64,000 nt of DNA. It comes from Octopus vulgaris (lineage: Eukaryota). Shown piece after piece: positions 13,450-27,735 of this stretch. Numbering within the stretch: position 1 is the first letter of the stretch; the number at the start of each line of letters is the position of its first letter. Under the pieces are notes generated by a model. It saw only the letters and a list, made by a program, of their open reading frames with translations. It was not told the DNA's origin and ran no database searches. A program made the translations under genes and the position numbers. Location of the stretch: contig OX597824.1 of NCBI GenBank assembly GCA_951406725.2, positions 80,476,001 through 80,540,000 of the forward strand. The letters are read 5' to 3'.

Positions 13450-14032
13450 GGCGGCGAGTTGGCAGAAAAGTTATCACGCCGGGCAAAATGCTTAGCGATA
13501 TTTCGTCTGTCATTAAGTTCTGAGTTCAAATTCCGCCGAGGTCGACTTTGCCTTTCATCCTTTCGGGGTCGAGTAAATAAGTACCAGTTATGCACTGGGA
13601 TCGATATAATCGACTTGATCAGTTTGTCTGTCCATCTTTGTCCTCTCTGTATTTAGTCCCTTGTGGGTAGCAAAGAAATAGGTATTTCATCTTCCGCTAC
13701 GTTCGAAGTTCAAATTCCGCCGAGGTCAACTTTGCCTTTCATGCTTTCGGGGTCGATTAAATAAGTACCAGTTACGCACTGGGGTCGATGAAATCGGCTT
13801 AATCCGTTTGTCTCTCCTTGTTTGTCCTCTCTGTGTTTAGCCCGTTGTGGGTAGTGAAGAAATAGGTATTTCGTCTATCTTTACGTTCTGAGTTCAAATT
13901 CCGTCGAGGCTGACTTTTCCTTTCATCCATTCGGGGTCGATAAATTAAGGACCAGTTGCGTACTGGAGTCGATCTAATCAATTGACTCCCTCCCCCAAAA
14001 TTTCAGGCCTTGTGCCTAGAGTAGAAAATAAT
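13450..14032 (+). mobile_element. SINE family A with three tandem bodies
   Basis: One head followed by three B-box-plus-body modules joined at GAAATAG|GTATTTC. 15-bp TSD ATTTAATTATAAAAA at 13435-13449 and 14033-14047. Confidence 0.85.
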
Positions 14033-14271
14033 ATTTAATTATAAAAATATAAATGGGATTTTTTAAAAGTCGAATGGCTATGAGGGTCCAGTAGAATAAA
14101 CTAAGGATGTAAGGGTACCCTGGTCTTTAAGAAAATCTTCAGTAAAAACAGTAACAGTAATAGCCATGGCTATATCAACAGTTATAAGTGCGTTCAGTTA
14201 GCATCAACACCTTAACATCTATTACAACATTAACATTAAAACATATTCAATAACGAGTACAAGAACAGTGT

Positions 14272-14727
14272 AGAGTCGCAATGGCCCAGAGGTTAGGGCA
14301 ACGGACACGCGGTTGTAAGAGTACGGTTTCGATTCCCAGACGGGGCATTGTGAGTGTTTATTGAGCAAAAACACCTAAGCTCCACGATGTTCCGGCGGTG
14401 GTTGGATGGTGAACCTCGCTGTACTCTTTCACTACAACTTTCTCTCACTCTTTCTTCCTCCTTCTGCCACAAAGCAGAGGAACCATAGTGTAAGCCAGTG
14501 TGGTGTGGTAAACCTTCAGACCCTAGTCTAGATTGCGAATCCTCTGTGCCCAGGATGGTACCCGTTAAAAGCCACCGTTTACGGAATGAGGATAGCAACG
14601 TACCTTTCGCGCCCGTGCAACCACCAGTCTATCGCGTATGGTGGGTGGATCTTCAAGTTGCCACACGCATTCTTAGTAGCTTAGAGTAGGCTCGAATTAG
14701 AGATTATCCTTTGTGGCTAATGGTGTA
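14272..14727 (+). mobile_element. SINE family C, long-tail form ending in (AAG)n
   Basis: Head CGCAATGGCCCAG..GGTTTCGATTCC; colinear with 25373-26040. Confidence 0.85.
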
Positions 14728-15152
14728 AGAAGAAGAAGAAGAACAAGAAGAAGAAAAAGACAGCAGCATGAACAATAGCAAATTCGGTGATAATATCAAA
14801 GACATAAATGTGTGTTTGTATGTACTTGCATCCGTATTTAATAAGCTATTGGAATACAGAACTACCAAAAGTGTCTCTACGTGGTCGATCGACTGTTAGA
14901 AATGGTACCCTCGGTCTCACATTACACGTACCGACTGATATAGAAAGAATGGTCGTACTAGATTTCGTTACTCTGTGACCTTTTAAACAAAGAGCCTGGA
15001 ATGCTTTTGGACAGAAAGGTAAAGAGAAAGTTATTTTCTCGAGTCATACCGACTCATAAGGGCCCGGTTTCCCGGTTTCGTGGCGTATAGATTCCCAACC
15101 TAGTCAGGCCGCCCGCCCGCCGGCCCGTCGCAGCAGAGTGGACTTTTTTAAG

Positions 15153-15618
15153 ACCCCCTTCGGTCAGACACTGACCATGGGTTTGCACCTAGAGAGTTAC
15201 CCTCTGAGGCATAAGTCTGGGCAAGGTTGTTTATGGAAGACCAGCAATCACCCATTCATACCAGTCTCCCTTCTCCATGCCACCGATGTTATCGAAGGGA
15301 GGGGTAAAAGCTGATACAGCTTGGCACCAGTGATGTCTCAACTCATTTCTACAGCTGAGTGAACTGGAGCAACGTGAAATAAAGTGTCTTGCTCAAGAAC
15401 ACAACACGCAGCCCGGTCCAGGATTCGAGCTCACAACCTCCCGATCGTAAGCTCGACGCTCTTACCACTGAGCCACGCGCCTTCACAGCTGAGTGGACTG
15501 GAGCACCGAGAAATGAAGTGTTTCGCGCAAGAACACAACGCGTCGCCCAGTCCAGGAATCGAAACCACAATCGTACGATCATGAGTCCAGCACCGTAACC
15601 ACTAACCCACGTGCATCC
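15153..15618 (-). mobile_element. SINE family D plus a second adjacent head
   Basis: Reverse complement GGCGCGTGGCTCAGTGGTAAGAGCG..GAGCTCGAATCC then GTGTTCTTGAGCAAGACAC; homologous to 41961-42283. Confidence 0.8.
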
Positions 15619-15719
15619 ACTGCTTGCTTCAAACACAACTGGCCTGGGACTCAACAACAGCAACAGCCGTCCAAGAATTTGGACCTGGAGATCTCCATTT
15701 CCAGCGACTTCGAGGGCCA

Positions 15720-16031
15720 CTTATTCTTTGTAAGCCCAGTACTTATTCTATCGGTTTCTTTTGCCGAACCGCTAAGTGACGAGGACGTAAACACACCAGC
15801 AACGGTTGTCAAGCAATGCTAGGGGGACAAACACAGATACACAAACACACACACATACATATATATATACATATATACGACAGGCTTCTTTCAGTTTCCG
15901 TCTACCAAATCCACTCACAAGGCATTGGTCGGCCCGGGGCTATAGCAGAAGACACTTGCCCAAGATGCCACGCAGTGGGACTGAACCCGGAACCATGTGC
16001 TTGGTTAGCAAGCTACTTACCACACAGCCAC
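15720..16031 (-). mobile_element. SINE family B, partial
   Basis: Matches 18961-19372 in reverse. Confidence 0.85.
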
Positions 16032-16388
16032 TCACAAAGTTGTTGTTTTTTTTTCTCCAAGGTCTGGGGTCCCGCCCAAAAGACCTAGACCATCACTTAA
16101 TCACCTTTACCCGTCTTGTTGCTTAACAACAACAACAACAGCAACAAGATTATGAGTATTGTGACGACAATAGCTACGACGACGACGACAACAACAACAA
16201 CAAAACAACAACAAGGAATTGGATAAGTACATATTTAACAGATTAAAAATACAAATTTTATTGCGCAAAAAGATAAAAGATCTCATTTGAAACGGAATAT
16301 ATCTAAGAGGGAACCTCACCTCGTTTTTGAAACTTAAGCACGCACAGCCGCACGCACGGCCGCACGCACGCACACACACACGCACACA

Positions 16389-16447
<59 letters not shown>

Positions 16448-17068
16448 ATACACACAAAAACACGCACATTAATCCACAAACAGAAACGCACTCATCCACA
16501 TATGTAATCTATATATATATAAAACCAACAGTGTGTATATATATCTAAATGTATAATTCCGCTTTCCATTTCCTGTTACATTACAGGCGGAAACTTCATA
16601 TAAGTGTCCGAAATTCGGTGAAGATCATATATATATACATATTCATGCGCGCGCGTGAGTCTGTTTGTGTGTGTGTAGACATAGATATATACATATATGT
16701 TTCTACGCATATCCACATGCATACATGCATATATATTTATACATATGTATATATCTATGTATATATCTAATCTCTCATCGGAATTAGCACCAGCGCGTAG
16801 CCTTCGAATGTCTTTCGCAGAATCCGTCCGTCAGAAGTACATGTTTAGTTTCCCAATTTTTAGTTTTGGTCTAGTTTTAACCAAAAGCTTATCATTTTGC
16901 TGTTCGCAGTGGTAGCTCCCTATTTTCCTCTTCCCACAACATTCCCCTTAGTTTCTCCAGCTTATTCAGGCCCTTATTATAAACTCGGACAACTGCGTAG
17001 TTTGAACTTTGCAGGAGGACAGACATACTAGCCAACAAGGTTAACAGTAGTCTATTTGTTTGCAGACA

Positions 17069-17301
17069 AGGCGGCGAGCTGGCAGAAACTTTAAGCGCGC
17101 TGGGCGAAATGCTTAGCGGTATTTCGTCTGTCGTTACGTCGTGAGTTCAAATTCCGCCGAGGTCGACTTTGCCTTTCATCCTTTCGAGGTCGATAAATAA
17201 AGTACCAGTTACGCACTGGGATGGATATAATCGACTCAGTCCCTTTGTATGTCCTTGTTTGTCCCCTCTATGTTTAGCCCCTTGTGGGTAGTAAAGAAAT
17301 A
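17069..17301 (+). mobile_element. SINE family A, full length
   Basis: 16-bp TSD TATTTGTTTGCAGACA at 17053-17068 and 17302-17317. Confidence 0.9.
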
Positions 17302-17930
17302 TATTTGTTTGCAGACAGCCTGTTTTTATTTTGGTTTCCATTTTCATTTTGATTGTCTCCGCGCTCTGCATCTTTGTTTTCTCCTCATGGCAATAGAGTG
17401 TAACTCTTGTCTCTCTCCCTCATCTTTGCCTCGTACTGGAAGAGAAGACACTTTATTTTCCCAGTGCTCAACGTCATCGGACCTTGGTTCTTGTGGATAG
17501 AGTACGATTCTTTCCAATTGACTCAATTTCGGCTCTGGAAAGCCACGTGGCTGCGTTCAGTTGTGATGTAGTAACAACAGTAGCAGTATCCATGATTTTC
17601 ACGCATGGAACCTGCTTTTATGTTTGAAATTGCCTCTACTAATGTTTACCACTACCATTCTCCTGTTCTGCTTTTTTTCACCTTTAGGCAAACGGCCTTC
17701 AGACGAGTGCTACTTCCACACGTGTATCAGCTGAGTTTTCTTTCTTGGTCTACTCGCCTGCGGTTTCAGTTTCGTTTCTATAATTGCGTAGAAACCCAGC
17801 CTAGCCTTGTAATATCCAGGATCAAGACAAGAATATCCATGTAGATCTATCGCCTACATATTATTTCGCGTCACTTTCATGATCAATATTTGTAGCAGAA
17901 TTAATCAAACAACACATATGAGAAAGCAGA

Positions 17931-18435
17931 TGTTAGTTAGTTAGTTAGTTAATTTGGCTCAAAAGCAAATAGCAAGGCCATGTAGGGGGACATGGAGTTA
18001 AGTACAGGGTGGTGTTCATGTAAAGAGTTCAGGCCACTTGAGGTCAAGGGAGGTTTTGAACAAAGTGGTCGTCGGCATCTTCGCCATCTCGTCTGGCAGC
18101 TTGTTCCACGGATCCGCAACCCGGACGGAGAAAGCCCCTCTCCTTCGATTGAGATGAAATCGTCGCAGGTAGAGCTTTTCGGAATGACCCCGCAGCCGAC
18201 GCTCTGGAGCAGGAGTGAAGAACAGCTCTTTCGAGAGGTTACACTTTCCGCTTATGATGTTGTGGGCGAGAATGAGATCACCACGGCGGCGGCGTTTTTA
18301 CTAGAGAATAAAAGTCGAGCGTCCTCAGCCTTTCTTCATAGGACAAATTTTTGAGACCATGAACCATGCGGGTAGCCAGCTTCTGGACTCTTTCTAGATG
18401 TTGTATGTCTTTGAGGAGATAAGGAGAAGAGATCA
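17931..18435 (-). mobile_element. CR1-type LINE 3' fragment
   Basis: SPYLLKDIQHLERVQKLATRMVHGLKNLSYEERLRTL is typical of the CR1-group ORF2 C-terminal region. Frameshifted; ends in a (TAAC)n tail. Confidence 0.85.
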
Positions 18436-18960
18436 TGTATATTCCATTTTGACCTTGAAGCTTTGAATTCTTTAAATTCATTTCCAATGTTTTTGGCAGG
18501 TGCACACTTAAACATTAATCTTTGCCGCAGTTTATCTCATTCACTTTTCAGCGTGGATGCTTCAACGAGATTCCAAACATTGGCAATACAGAAAATGATA
18601 TCTTTTATAATAAATTCTTTGGGAAACTGACATACTGGTCTACCAGACTTAATTATAATCAGCAGATGTTTCATAAATTACGCGTGGTATTTAGACGTAA
18701 AAATAATATGCCAATGTCTTGTTCTTGGATTAATGATATACAGTTTGGTAGGAAGCAAATAAAAAAAATTTCTTTGTTTTTCATTAAAAATTTTTTTTTT
18801 TACCTGTTATGCTTTTCTATGTATGAAAGAGTTGCCTAAAACATGGATTATCTTAAAGTTGTAATTAGGTCAACACTGTCACAGTAGACCCTTGTTTGAT
18901 GAACAAAGTAATTTTCAAACTAATCCAATGTAACGTCGGTTATTATGCAACCTCTGTGTC

Positions 18961-19372
18961 ATAGGCGCAGGAATGGCTGTGTGGTAAGTAGCTTGCTAAC
19001 CAACCACATGGTTCCGTGTTCAGTCCCACTGCGTGGCAACTTGGGCAAGTGTCTTCTGCTATAGCCCCGGGCCGACCAATGCCTTGCGAGTGGATTTGGT
19101 AGACGGAAACTGAAAGAAGCCTGTCGTATATATGTATATATATATATGTGTGTGTATATGTGTTTGTGTGTCTGTGTTTGTCCCCCTAGCATTGCTTGAC
19201 AACCGATGCTGGTGTGTTTACGTCCCCGTCACTTAGCGGTTCGGCAAAAGAGACCGATAGAATAAGTACTGGGCTTACAAAGAATAAGTCCCGGGGTCGA
19301 TTTGCTCGACTAAAGGCGGTGCTCCAGCATGGCCGCAGTCAAATGACTGAAACAAGTAAAAGAGTAAAGAGT
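18961..19372 (+). mobile_element. SINE family B, full length
   Basis: A-box TGGCTGTGTGGT, B-box-like GTTCAGTCCC, CORE-like CTTGGGCAAGTGTCTT, internal (TA)/(TG) linker, tail GTAAAAGAGTAAAGAG. Confidence 0.9.
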
Positions 19373-20149
19373 ATACCTTTAAATACTCCTGGACGTAAAC
19401 GATTAGCATTAACCTGCAACAATATCTGTGAGTATCTGCTGCACTGGAGCAAGCCATCACAGTCATATGATCTCTTACTGCTTTATAGCCTGTTCGTGAT
19501 TCTGTAGCCTTGCTTGTCTGAGTTCTTCTTAGCACACATTTCCAAAACAATGACCATCTCAGTTGCATTGGAGAAATGTTAAAGCTTCATCCAAAACCGA
19601 CTTAGTAAATCCGTCCACAAATTTAGAAGCTGCTACCGTGTTTACTGAAAGTTTTTCGTCACACGCTCTACGAAACATTAAAGTACGTTAATCCTTGAAG
19701 CGTTGCATTCAGCTCTTACCAGATCCAACTTTCACTATAACCGCACACGTAAACTAAGTCGAATTCTTCAAGAAATTGTGGGTCTTGTCCCTTTATTAGA
19801 TCTCCAAACAACTCAACATCTTCACTTATGCACATATTAAGCTACCTCGTCAGAACTTGGACAAAATCTGAACTTTTACCATCTTTAAACTCTTTATCTT
19901 TTGCACATCCGTTTCTTTGAAATTCCGCTAGCGAAAAGAAAAGAAAAACATTCTGTTTTTTAATGCCATAAACTATGGTTGAAATAATGATATGATCACA
20001 CAAATATTTTACAGACACACAGCTTTAAAGAATTTTTTAAAAGTTAAAACATCATAATGGTCAATGCTCGCTGTTCGCATTTCCCAGAATGAGAAGCATT
20101 TTCTTTATCCATTGGATATTCAGGGCAAGGGTGAAAAATTATGATAATA

Positions 20150-20349
20150 AAAGGCGACGAGCTGGTAGAAACGTTAGCACGCCGAGTGAAATGCTTAGCA
20201 GTATTTCGTCTGTCGTTACGTTCTGAGTTTTTCGGGGTCGATTAAATAAGTACCAGTTACGCACTGGGGTCGATATAATCGACTTAATCCGTTTGTCTGT
20301 CCTTGTTTGTCCTCTCTGTTTTTACCCCGTTGTGGGTAGTAAAGAAATA
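20150..20349 (+). mobile_element. SINE family A with internal deletion
   Basis: Head and tail present; TSD GAAAAATTATGATA on both sides. Confidence 0.85.
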
Positions 20350-20746
20350 GAAAAATTATGATAGTAAATGGAATAAAAACAAGCTATTTTTACTAATTAG
20401 AATATCTTGCCTGTGTTTCAAAGTAACGCCGACAATGTGTTTGTGCAGCAAGTGACGCCACCAAATGTTACTTGTAAGGTTGACACAGCGGCCCTATAAA
20501 CTTAAGACAGAAGTTAGGTTAGCTAAAATTTATGTCAGATCAGTAGTGAAAGCGGATTGTTTTTAACGGTGAAACTCAAACTATATAAAACTATAAATAC
20601 TAAAGTGAAGCATTTGGTGTTAAAACCCGAAGGCCGATGGAAACCCCGATGGAAACACCCGAAGGCCGTCTCACGAGCAGAACTCGAATTTATCCCTTTA
20701 CACACACAAATACTGATGTATATACATATATATATATACATACATA

Positions 20747-20845
20747 TATATAAGAATTTTTTGCGTAATGAGATAAAAAACCAAGGCTGTGTTCTAATCT
20801 ACACAGCCTTGGTTTTTATTTCATTGCGCAAAAAATTCTTATATA
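20747..20845. repeat. ~99-bp hairpin or tiny MITE in a TA tract
   Basis: TATAAGAATTTTTTGCG.AATGA.ATAAAAAACCAAGGCTGTGT pairs with ACACAGCCTTGGTTTTTATTTCATTGCGCAAAAAATTCTTATA. Confidence 0.85.
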
Positions 20846-21765
20846 CACACGCTGACATAGAACCAACGTTGAACCCTTATTCACTAAATTACCGAATCTG
20901 GAACTTAACTATGGTCTGTCTATAGCACTTATTCAGCATTACGTGACACCTTTGGGTCTCAATGACACTATTATCTCTTATAACCTCAACTACATACATA
21001 CATATGTATGTACGCAATAGTTAAAATACATAGACTAATCGCTCCGAAACTTGGAGGCGAAACGTATGTGGGACCAACCACACCATCATTTGCGAAGTAG
21101 CTGCTATTTGTCCAAGCACCGGACTAAAACGCAGTCACATGCCCATCGGACTATCCAAATGGCAAGATCTACGTAGATACACATTTCTTTGACTGCACCT
21201 TTCCTTTTTGTATTGTTAGATGATTTCCTCATTATCCTGCTATTCTTTTACAATGCTTCAAGCAAACTATAACAATCTTCACTCAAGAATAATTTATCTG
21301 CAAAATAAAAGCCAAAAATAAATAAAATGTCAGATGCTTATTAAAGTAAATATTTCTCGAGAGTTGCACCACATTAGATTTACAGAGGTCGAACTCAAAA
21401 CCTCTGCGTCACTTGAAACAAGTGCATCTGTCTTTATCTCCTTATACTTGTGTTTTATTGGTATTTATGTTCGTAGTACGTTAAGTACCATTGGCAATAA
21501 ACTAAATTACAATTGACCTAGTGTACTTAGCTGTAAGTAGGTGCCAAAGAGGGAGAGGATAGGGCAATATACGTATCACTAGTTGTAAATAGCAGCTGCA
21601 CTGTAAACATTTATTGAAGATTGCTTGGTTCGATTGCACTGCTTTTTCATACATACATATATACATACATACATACATACATACATACATACATACATAC
21701 ATGCATGCACGCAGTATGTAGTTAAATATGTATAGCTATAAGTAGATAATACATATGCGTGTATG

Positions 21766-21805
<40 letters not shown>

Positions 21806-21932
21806 TATATATATACATATATAAATATATATGGGTAGATAGCTATATATATAGATATTATATATGTATATATGAACAAACTCACAAACACACACACACG
21901 CGCATATATTTATGTATATTTGCAAATAGACT

Positions 21933-21969
<37 letters not shown>

Positions 21970-21992
21970 GTGTATGTTTGTGTGCATGCATA

Positions 21993-22072
<80 letters not shown>

Positions 22073-22239
22073 TATACATATAGCAAAAGAGGGAGTGGTG
22101 TTTCCACGCAGGAAAAATTATATAGGAAAATTTGTAGGAAGATTGTTACTAAAATGTTATTGTTTTTTGTGTTGAAATTGGGTGTTTCTTTTTCTTCTTT
22201 ATACTGCTTTTTCTTCTTTCTAATGGATATTTAGCTGTA

Positions 22240-24025
22240 CGCGGCACAGACATTCCAAAGGTTTATCGACATGGTTACCAGAGGTCTGCCTTTCGTCTAT
22301 GCCTACGTAGACGGCATACTCGTGGCGAGTAGCTCGGACGAGGAACATCACCAACACCTGCCCCTGCTATTTGGACGCCTCCGCAAATGCGGTGTTGTTA
22401 TCAACCCCAGCAAATGCTCGGAGTTGCTTCCCTTCATATTTCTCGGACATTCCCGAGAACGTCAAGGCCATCCAGGATTTTTCCAACACCCACATCTCTC
22501 CGCAAATTAAGGGAATATCTCGGCCTAGTGGATTTCTATCGAAGGTTCATAGCCCACCTCACTGAGATAGCGCAACTGCTCACGGATTTGCTACGTCAGC
22601 GAACTTGCAAAAATACGGAAATTGCCCTGAACGAAGATCAACTCGCCGCTTTTGCGTTATCCGAAGCTACCATGTTGGTTTATCCAAAACCAGACGCCCC
22701 ACGGTGTTTACTCGTTGATGCATCCGATTCCGGAGTTGGAGGTGTACTACAGCAGTTTGTTGACGGCATTTGGCAACCGTTGTCCTTCTTTTCTAAGCGG
22801 TTAAAACTCGCGGAAACGAAATACAGCACATTCAGTCGGGAATTATTAGCGGCATACCTGACCGTTAAGCATTTCCGTCACATGCTAGAAGGTACCAATT
22901 TTGCCATATACACCGACCACAAACCACTGGTTTATGCATTTAGCACCAAGCCGAATCGCCACTCGCCGAGAGAAATTCGTCACCTCGACTTCATATCACA
23001 GTATACGACGGATATACACCACATCAAAGGGACAACCAACTTAGCAACCGATGCACTTTTACGCACGCAGATCAATGCTATCCGCACCACGGCTACAATT
23101 GATCTGGCTCGTATAGCAGCTGAACAGAATGACGAAGAACTTCTAAAGCTCCGGAATTCGTCATCTCTGAAATTTTAGCATGTTCCGCTACCATCGTCCA
23201 TGGCCCATATTTGGTGTGATATCTCCACCGGTCACCAACGCCCTAATATACCACAGAAACACCGTCGAGAAGTTCTCTCTGCTCTACATTCTCTGTCACA
23301 TCCTGGTATTCGCTCCACTCCAAAGTTCATATCGACCCGTTTTGTGTGGACCAGTATCAACAAGGATATCAGAGAATGGACCAAGTGCTGTGTCGCATGC
23401 CAAAATGCGAATAACTACCAGCACATAAAATCACCAATCAGTTCCTTTTCGCAATCCGACGCACGATTCCAGCACGTTCACATTGACATTGTGGTACCTC
23501 TGCCACCTTCGCAGAATTATACACATTTGCTTATCTGCGTGGATCGTCTTTCGTGGTGGTCCGAAGCTTGGCCCTTATCTGATACATCGGCAGAAACGGT
23601 CGCCAAAACGTTGATATCACAATAGGTTTCGAGTTTTAGCACACCCGGAACAATCACCACCGACAGAGGACGTCAGTTCGATTCCCACCTCTTTTACCGA
23701 GCTGACTCGTCTCATCGGGTGTAAACACACCCGCACTACGGCTTACCACCCTGCAGCAAATGGCATGGTCGGAAATTTTCACCGCCAACTCAAGGCATCT
23801 ATAAAAGCATCTTCAGACAGTTCTTACTGGCTAGAACGTTTCCCTCTCATCCCCCGTGGTATTCGATCCACGGTTAAGGTGGATTTTGGATATACTCCGG
23901 CTGAACTTGTCTATGGCACAGCACTCACCTTACCTGAGCAGATGATCGAACCTGGTTTATCACAAGACTTTCCTGACCCAGCACAATATGTGTACCGTTT
24001 ACGGACGTCCATGTCGCATTTGGAT
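22240..24025 (+). mobile_element. pol: Degenerate Ty3/Gypsy pol fragment (RT end, RNase H, integrase)
   Basis: AYVDGILVAS (YxDD mutated); RNase H LLVDASDSGVGGVL, YSTFSRELLA, TDHKPL; integrase HPGIRST..C..C, HVHIDIV and TTAYHPAANG. Order is RT-RH-IN, with frameshifts and stops. No LTR recognised. Confidence 0.93.
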
Positions 24026-24029
24026 TGTA

Positions 24030-24116
<87 letters not shown>

Positions 24117-24163
24117 TTATTTATCTATCTATCTATCTTTCTATATATATGTCTGTCTGATTT

Positions 24164-24346
<183 letters not shown>

Positions 24347-24359
24347 GTCTGTCTGTATG

Positions 24360-24393
<34 letters not shown>

Positions 24394-24501
24394 GATCTAT
24401 CTATCGATCTATCTATCTATCTATATCTATGCACAAATATGCGCATACACACATACACGTATAGAATAGAGAGAGTGAGAGAAAGAGACTGTGAAAGATT
24501 A

Positions 24502-24549
<48 letters not shown>

Positions 24550-25372
24550 CTACAAGGAAGTGACAACCACTTTACCATCAAGATCTCGTACATACACACA
24601 AGCACACATGCACGAATGCATGCATGCACAGACACACGCAAACAAACAACACACACAAACAAACAAGACACACGCACACACATAGACACTTGCACAAATA
24701 CTACTATCCTCGCTCTCACGCACAATTCTCACAGCTGTGTCGTTAAGTTTATCAATTTTTTTCGTGAGACACGACATTCGAATAAAATACTTGACATTGA
24801 CACGTGTTGGAATCCATTTTGTCACATCATCGTAAACATTGTGAGAAGAGTGTATGGTGGGAAGACAAGAGACAAGTGGCTCGGATTGGTCAATTAAGGT
24901 TAATAGAGCAGTAATTGGAGGCTTTTAAAAGGGAGCGGTTCTTAAGTGACCTATTCCTGTTTACTAATTCTGTGTCCTAACGCCCTTAAAAAATCTAACT
25001 ATACGAGTCCTAGCTCGTTGTTACTGTTATCTGTGGTGGCAGCAGCGGTGGCGGCGGCGGCGGCGGTGGTGGTGGTGGTGGTGATGGTGGAAATGGTTGT
25101 GGTAGTAGGTAGCTAGGTAGGGAGGTGGGTAGTTGTGACGGAGCTGATGATAATCATGATGGTGAGTGAGGATAAGGGTGAAAATGGTGGCAGTGGTGGT
25201 GGTGGTGGTAGTGATAGTGGTTGTGGTGATGATGATGATGATGATGGTGATGATGGGAATGAGAATGAAGTGGTTGGTGATTGTGGTGCGGTGGTGGTGA
25301 CCATTACAATAACGACGATAGTGATTATGATGCTGATGATGATGATGATGATAGCGACAAAAACAACGACGC

Positions 25373-26040
25373 TGGAGGCGCAATGGCCCAGGAGTTAGGG
25401 CAGCGGACTCGCGGTCGTAAGAAGGCGGTTTCGATTCCCAGACCGGGCATTGTGAGTGTTTATTGAGCAAAAACACCTAAGCTCCACGAGCCTCCGGCGG
25501 GGGGAGGATGGTAAACCCCGTCGTACTCTTTCATCACAACTTTCTCTCACTCTTTCTTCCTACTTCTGCCACAAAGCAGAGGAACCATGGTGTAACCCAC
25601 TATGGTGCGGTAAACTTTCAGGCCCTAGTCTAGATTGCGAATTCTCTGTAGCCCAGGATGGTTCAGCTCTCCACCCGTTAAAAGCCACCGTTTACGGAAT
25701 GAGGATAACAACGTAGCTTTCGCGCCCGTGCAACCGCCGGTCTATCGCGTGTGGTGGGTGGATCTTCAAGTTGCCCCGCGCATTCTTAGTAGCTTAGAGT
25801 AGGCCCGAATTATTTCGTCTGCCGCTACGTTCTGAGTTCAAATTCCGCCGAGGCCGACTTTGCCATTCATCTTTACGGATTCGATTAAATAAGTACCAGT
25901 TTCGCACTGGGGTCGATATAATCGACTTAATCCGTTTGCCTGTCCTTGTTTGTCCCCCTCTGTCTGTAGCCCCTTGTGGGCAGTAAAGAAATAAGAGTAG
26001 GCTCGAAATAGAGATTATTCTTTGTGGCTAATGGCGTGAG
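25373..26040 (+). mobile_element. SINE family C interrupted by a truncated SINE A (25811-25993)
   Basis: TSD AGAGTAGGCYCGAA at 25796 and 25994; the uninterrupted version is visible at 14684-14725. Confidence 0.88.
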
Positions 26041-26128
26041 TCCTGATTGGAAGAAGAAGAAGAAGAAGAAGAAGAAGAAGAAGAAGAAGAAGAAGAAGAA
26101 GAAGAAGAAGAAGAAGAAGAAGAAGAAG

Positions 26129-26160
<32 letters not shown>

Positions 26161-26749
26161 CGACGACGATGATAATGACGATGATGGTCTTTTTCCTTGG
26201 TGCTGGTGATGACGATAATGAGGATGATGAGAGCGATGACAACAACAACAATGACGACGACGACGAACTTAATCTAATGATGATGGTGGTACTAGTGATG
26301 AAGATTATGATGATGATGATGGTGGTGGTTCCGCGTTGATGTTTTCATTTGCTTTTCTGGTGATATTAATAATTTTGGTGGTATCTTGTTCTCATTGTTG
26401 TTTTCGTCGTTGTTGATACATCACGCCAGAATCCAGCCCCACCCCCATCGCATCGGAGCCGACCTTTGATCAAAGGGCTTCTTGTCGTGATCATCCCATC
26501 CCATCACTTCATTTCAAGTAACAAGGGCGATGTTATTATCTAACGCGATTTTGTTTTTAAAATGGTAAAACACTATCTGAAGGATATTTAGCTGATATTT
26601 CTAGCAGATCAGAGAGACCTTGTAGAATTTTAGTGGTTTTTGGGCGGCGTTGCTTTCAATGTTGCTATTGATGTGTGTTGTGTTGCTAATGGCGTTGTGT
26701 TGCTAATTGTGTTGCTAATCCTCATTTTACTGCTGTTATTGTTAGGGTG

Positions 26750-27150
26750 GAATGCTGGCAGAATCGTTAGCACGCCGAACAAATTGCTTAGCGGCATTTC
26801 GTCCGCTTTGTATTCTGAGTTCAAATACCGCTGGGCTCGGATTTGTCTTTCATCCTCTCAGGCTCAATAGAATAAGTACTTGTTTAACACTGGGGTCGAT
26901 GTCATCGACTTACTATCTCCACCAGAAATTACTAGCCTTAAAAAATTTGAAAACCACCGAAGGCAGCGAGCTGGCAGAATCGTTAGCACGCCGAGCGAAA
27001 TGCTTGGCAACGTTCTGAGTTCAACTTCCGTTGAGGTCGACTTTGCCTTTTCTCCTTTCGAGGTCGATTAAATAAGTACCAGTGAAACACTGGGGTCGAT
27101 ATAATCGAATAGGCTCAAATTTCAGATCTTTTGCCTATAGTAGAAAGGTT
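26750..27150 (+). mobile_element. Two diverged SINE A copies
   Basis: GCTGGCAGAATCGTTAGCACGCCG heads at about 26753 and 26970. Confidence 0.8.
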
Positions 27151-27171
27151 TATTATTATTGTAGCTGTTGT

Positions 27172-27578
27172 TACTCTTTTACTCTTTTACTTGTTTCAGT
27201 CATTTTGAGTGCGGCCATGATGGAGCACCGCCTTTAGTCGAGCAAATCGACCCCAGGATTTATTCTTTGTAAGCCCAGTACTTATTCTATCAGTCTCTTT
27301 GCCGAACCGCTAAGTGACGGGGACGTAAACACACTAGCAACGGTTGTCAAGCAATGCTAGGGGGACAGACACACACGCACACATACATATATATATATAT
27401 ATATACATATATACGACAGGCTTCTTTCAGTTTCCGTCTACCAAATCCACTCACAAGGCATTGGTCGGCCCGGGGCTATAGCAGAAGACACTTGCCCAAG
27501 ATGCCACGCAGTGGGACTGAACCCGGAACCATGTGGTTGGTTAGCAAGCTACTTACCACACAGCCACTCCTGCGCCTA
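27172..27578 (-). mobile_element. SINE family B, full length
   Basis: Reverse complement of 18961-19372. Confidence 0.9.
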
Positions 27579-27589
27579 TGTTGTTGTTG

Positions 27590-27651
<62 letters not shown>

Positions 27652-27664
27652 GTTATTATTATTG

Positions 27665-27735
<71 letters not shown>

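Noticed and set aside
14272-14345. tRNA genes at SINE heads
   Set aside because: A and B boxes run straight into SINE bodies, the copies are diverged, and there is no proper acceptor stem.
17344-17630. Coding-looking minus-strand ORF
   Set aside because: No recognisable domain or flanking splice sites.
21030-21075. CTCC/GGAG stem followed by CGAAACGTATGT (similar relics at 32128-32165 minus and 46438-46470)
   Set aside because: The CUGANGA core is missing or multiply mutated.
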